Positions 61,960-64,000 of a stretch of DNA of 64,000 nt are shown here, piece after piece (within the stretch, counting starts at the first letter, position 1; each line of letters starts with the position of its first letter). Origin of the DNA: Candidatus Binatia bacterium (GTDB lineage: Bacteria > Desulfobacterota > Binatia > UBA12015). A program made the position numbers and the translations under genes. A model generated the notes under the pieces. That model was not told where the DNA came from and made no database searches. It worked only from the letters and a program-made list of their open reading frames with translations. The stretch spans positions 77,228 to 141,227 of the forward strand of contig JAQWRY010000011.1 of NCBI GenBank assembly GCA_029243485.1, given 5' to 3'.

Positions 61960-62592
61960 CCCGAGGGCGTCCGGGGGCTCGATCTCGGACTCCTGGTCCA
62001 AGCGCCCCAAGCCGCCCAACTCCTCGTCGATACGGCCGACGTCGTCGTCTCGAACTTCCTTCCCGGAACCCTGGAGCGTTGGAACCTCGGCTACGAGCGG
62101 CTCGCCGAGCGAAACCCACGCATCCTCGTCGGTTTGGGGAGCGCGTTTGGGCCCGTCGAGCGCGACACCGGTCGACGTGACGGTCGCCGACCACATCGGA
62201 TCGCAGAATCTGAGCAACGGCACTCTAGCCACCCTGTTCGCACGCGAGCGAACGGGTCGCGGGCAGAAGGTCGAGGTCTCCCTCGTCGGCGGCCAGATCT
62301 TCGCGCAGTGCTCCGACCTTCTCTGGGCCAGCGGCCGTCGATACGCCCTCGTGCGGAGCTACGACGAGATCACGCAGGACGAAGCGCTCTACGAGAACGA
62401 GTACCTCCAGCGCATCGAGCAGCCCGAATGGGGAGAGATCACCATGGTCGGCTGCCCGATCCGCATGAGCGACACCCCGAGCCGACCGGGGGCGATCGCA
62501 CGGAACGGGGCCAACACACCGAGGAGGTCCTCCTCGACCTCGGCTATTCGTGGGAGGAGATTGCCGCGCTCCGCGAGAGCGGCGTACTGTAG
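61960..62592 (+). pseudogene. Multiply deleted family III CoA-transferase (CaiB/BaiF)
   Basis: GVRGLDLGLLVQAP, ADVVVSNFLPG, TGRGQKVEVSL, GQHTEEVL in two frames over about 630 nt; no start. Confidence 0.8.
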
Positions 62593-62596
62593 CCGC

Positions 62597-63490
62597 ATGA
62601 CGACGATCGACTGGTACGGGTGCGCCACGTTCTGCCTGAAGACGGCGGGCATGAAGATCTTCCTCGACGCCTACATCGATCGAGCCGCGAACGCGCAGGG
62701 CACGGGCCTTCGAGCGGACGACGTGAAGGAGTGCGACTGGATCGTCGTCGGACACTCCCACTTCGACCACCTCTACGGCGCCGAGCGCATCGCGGCGAAC
62801 ACGGGAGCCAAGCTGATCGGCAGCTACGAGACGATCCGCGTGATGGAGCAGGCGGGCGTTTCCGTCGGACAGATGATCTGCGTGGCCGGCGGGGAGACGA
62901 TCAATCTCGGGAACGACGTGACGGTGACGGCGTACCCGAGCCAGCACTCGTGCGTCTGGTCGCACACGCAGATGGCTCCTCCGGGAGAGGTCTGTATCGG
63001 CGACCTCGGTCTCACCTGGCAGGAACAACGCGCCCGCTTCGAGGAACTCATCGGGTACTTCGCCAACGACCTCGAGAAGGTTGCGATCGAGCACCTCATG
63101 GCGAGCAGCCAGGGCGATCGCGGCGACGGCGGCGCGCTCGTCTACCTGTTCGACACGCCCGACGGGCGGCTCCTGTACCAGGACACGTCCGGTCACTGGA
63201 GCGGAATCCTGAACACGCTGCGACCGGACGTCGCGATCCTCGCGGCCGCCGGACGCGGGAATGTGGACGGGGAACCCATCCAAGGCTCACTCGCCCAGTT
63301 CGTTGCACGCCAGGCCGATCTCCTACGACCGCGCCGGGTGATCCTCTGCCATCACGACGACTGGCTGCCCGGGTTTTCCATCGACACGGACGTCGCTCCG
63401 ATCCGCGAGGAACTCGCCCTCGTCGCCCCGGGCACCGAACTGGTGACGCTCTCGTACCTGGACGGGACCGAGATCCTCCCGATCCGCTGA
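62597..63490 (+). CDS. MBL-fold metallohydrolase
   Basis: WYGCATF, GHSHFDH, SQHS, CHHDDW. Confidence 0.88.
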   Translation: MTTIDWYGCATFCLKTAGMKIFLDAYIDRAANAQGTGLRADDVKECDWIVVGHSHFDHLYGAERIAANTGAKLIGSYETIRVMEQAGVSVGQMICVAGGETINLGNDVTVTAYPSQHSCVWSHTQMAPPGEVCIGDLGLTWQEQRARFEELIGYFANDLEKVAIEHLMASSQGDRGDGGALVYLFDTPDGRLLYQDTSGHWSGILNTLRPDVAILAAAGRGNVDGEPIQGSLAQFVARQADLLRPRRVILCHHDDWLPGFSIDTDVAPIREELALVAPGTELVTLSYLDGTEILPIR

Positions 63491-63502
63491 CGCGCGCCGG
63501 CC

Positions 63503-63826
63503 CTATTTCGGTCGATCGTCGCGGATCCCGTTGTCCACCACGAGGGCGCGTCCGTCGGTCACCGCGCGCACCGAATGCGGCGCGTTCGACGGAACGATCG
63601 CGACACCGCCCGGCCCTGCGGTCTGAGTCTCGCCGGCGACGGCCACTTCGAGTTCGCCCTCGATGATCCTTTAGACTTCTTCGTTAGGATGGTGGTGCTC
63701 ATGGGCCCTCGTGCCGGCTTTGAAGTCCCAACGCGCGAAGGTCATGTTCTCGGACACCCAGGTCCTGCCGAACCAGCCCGGAAAACGCCCCAAGGGTCCG
63801 ATGTCGTTCATGTTGAGAAAGGGCAT
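63503..63826 (-). pseudogene. Cupin-domain gene with one premature stop
   Basis: RBS GAGGAG; HEHHHPNEEV*(TAA 63671)RIIEGELEV...PSNAPHSV to TAG 63503. Confidence 0.8.
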
Positions 63827-64000
63827 GGTGTCTCCTCGTAGCCAGCCCCGGATGTAGGCCGATCCGCACCTCCACTTTCGCGAATTCGGCTTCGTCACGT
63901 CGCTGACTGCGAGTCAGCTCTTCGGCATCCTCGCCCTCTCGCAGACGAACGGAGTGCTGGTGACCTTGGCTCGGGAAAACCTCGGAGTCCCGATTCGAAT

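Noticed and set aside
63860..64000. Protein-like + strand frame HFREFGFVTSLTASQLFGILALSQ...
   Set aside because: Preceded by a stop, no start, cut by the window edge; cannot be assigned

Overview
High-GC bacterial chromosomal window with no rRNA, tRNA, CRISPR array, transposase or integrase that I can recognise. The gene mix (DUF3604, DUF1329 remnant, F420-type LLM oxidoreductase, paired acyl-CoA dehydrogenases, crotonases, Cys-rich secreted domains) suggests a Binatia/Myxococcota-like organism; this is inference only. Intact genes include phoB-phoR, pdxH, ilvB-ilvN with a Val/Leu leader-peptide attenuator, an RND-MFP-TolC efflux operon, suhB, a K+ channel, lipid/aromatic catabolic enzymes, a 1168-aa Ig-repeat surface protein behind a sigma54-type promoter and a 1249-aa secreted PHP-like metallohydrolase. 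The two strongest signals: (1) one ORF fusing a preQ1-type tRNA-guanine transglycosylase (Tgt) to an MnmC/MnmD-type aminomethyl N-methyltransferase, a candidate route to an undescribed methylated deazaguanine wobble base; (2) about 17 gene remnants between intact genes, many 'collapsed' (both termini kept, catalytic middle deleted), including a phoU tail starting inside the phoR stop codon. All family calls are from motif recognition by eye, without database searches.
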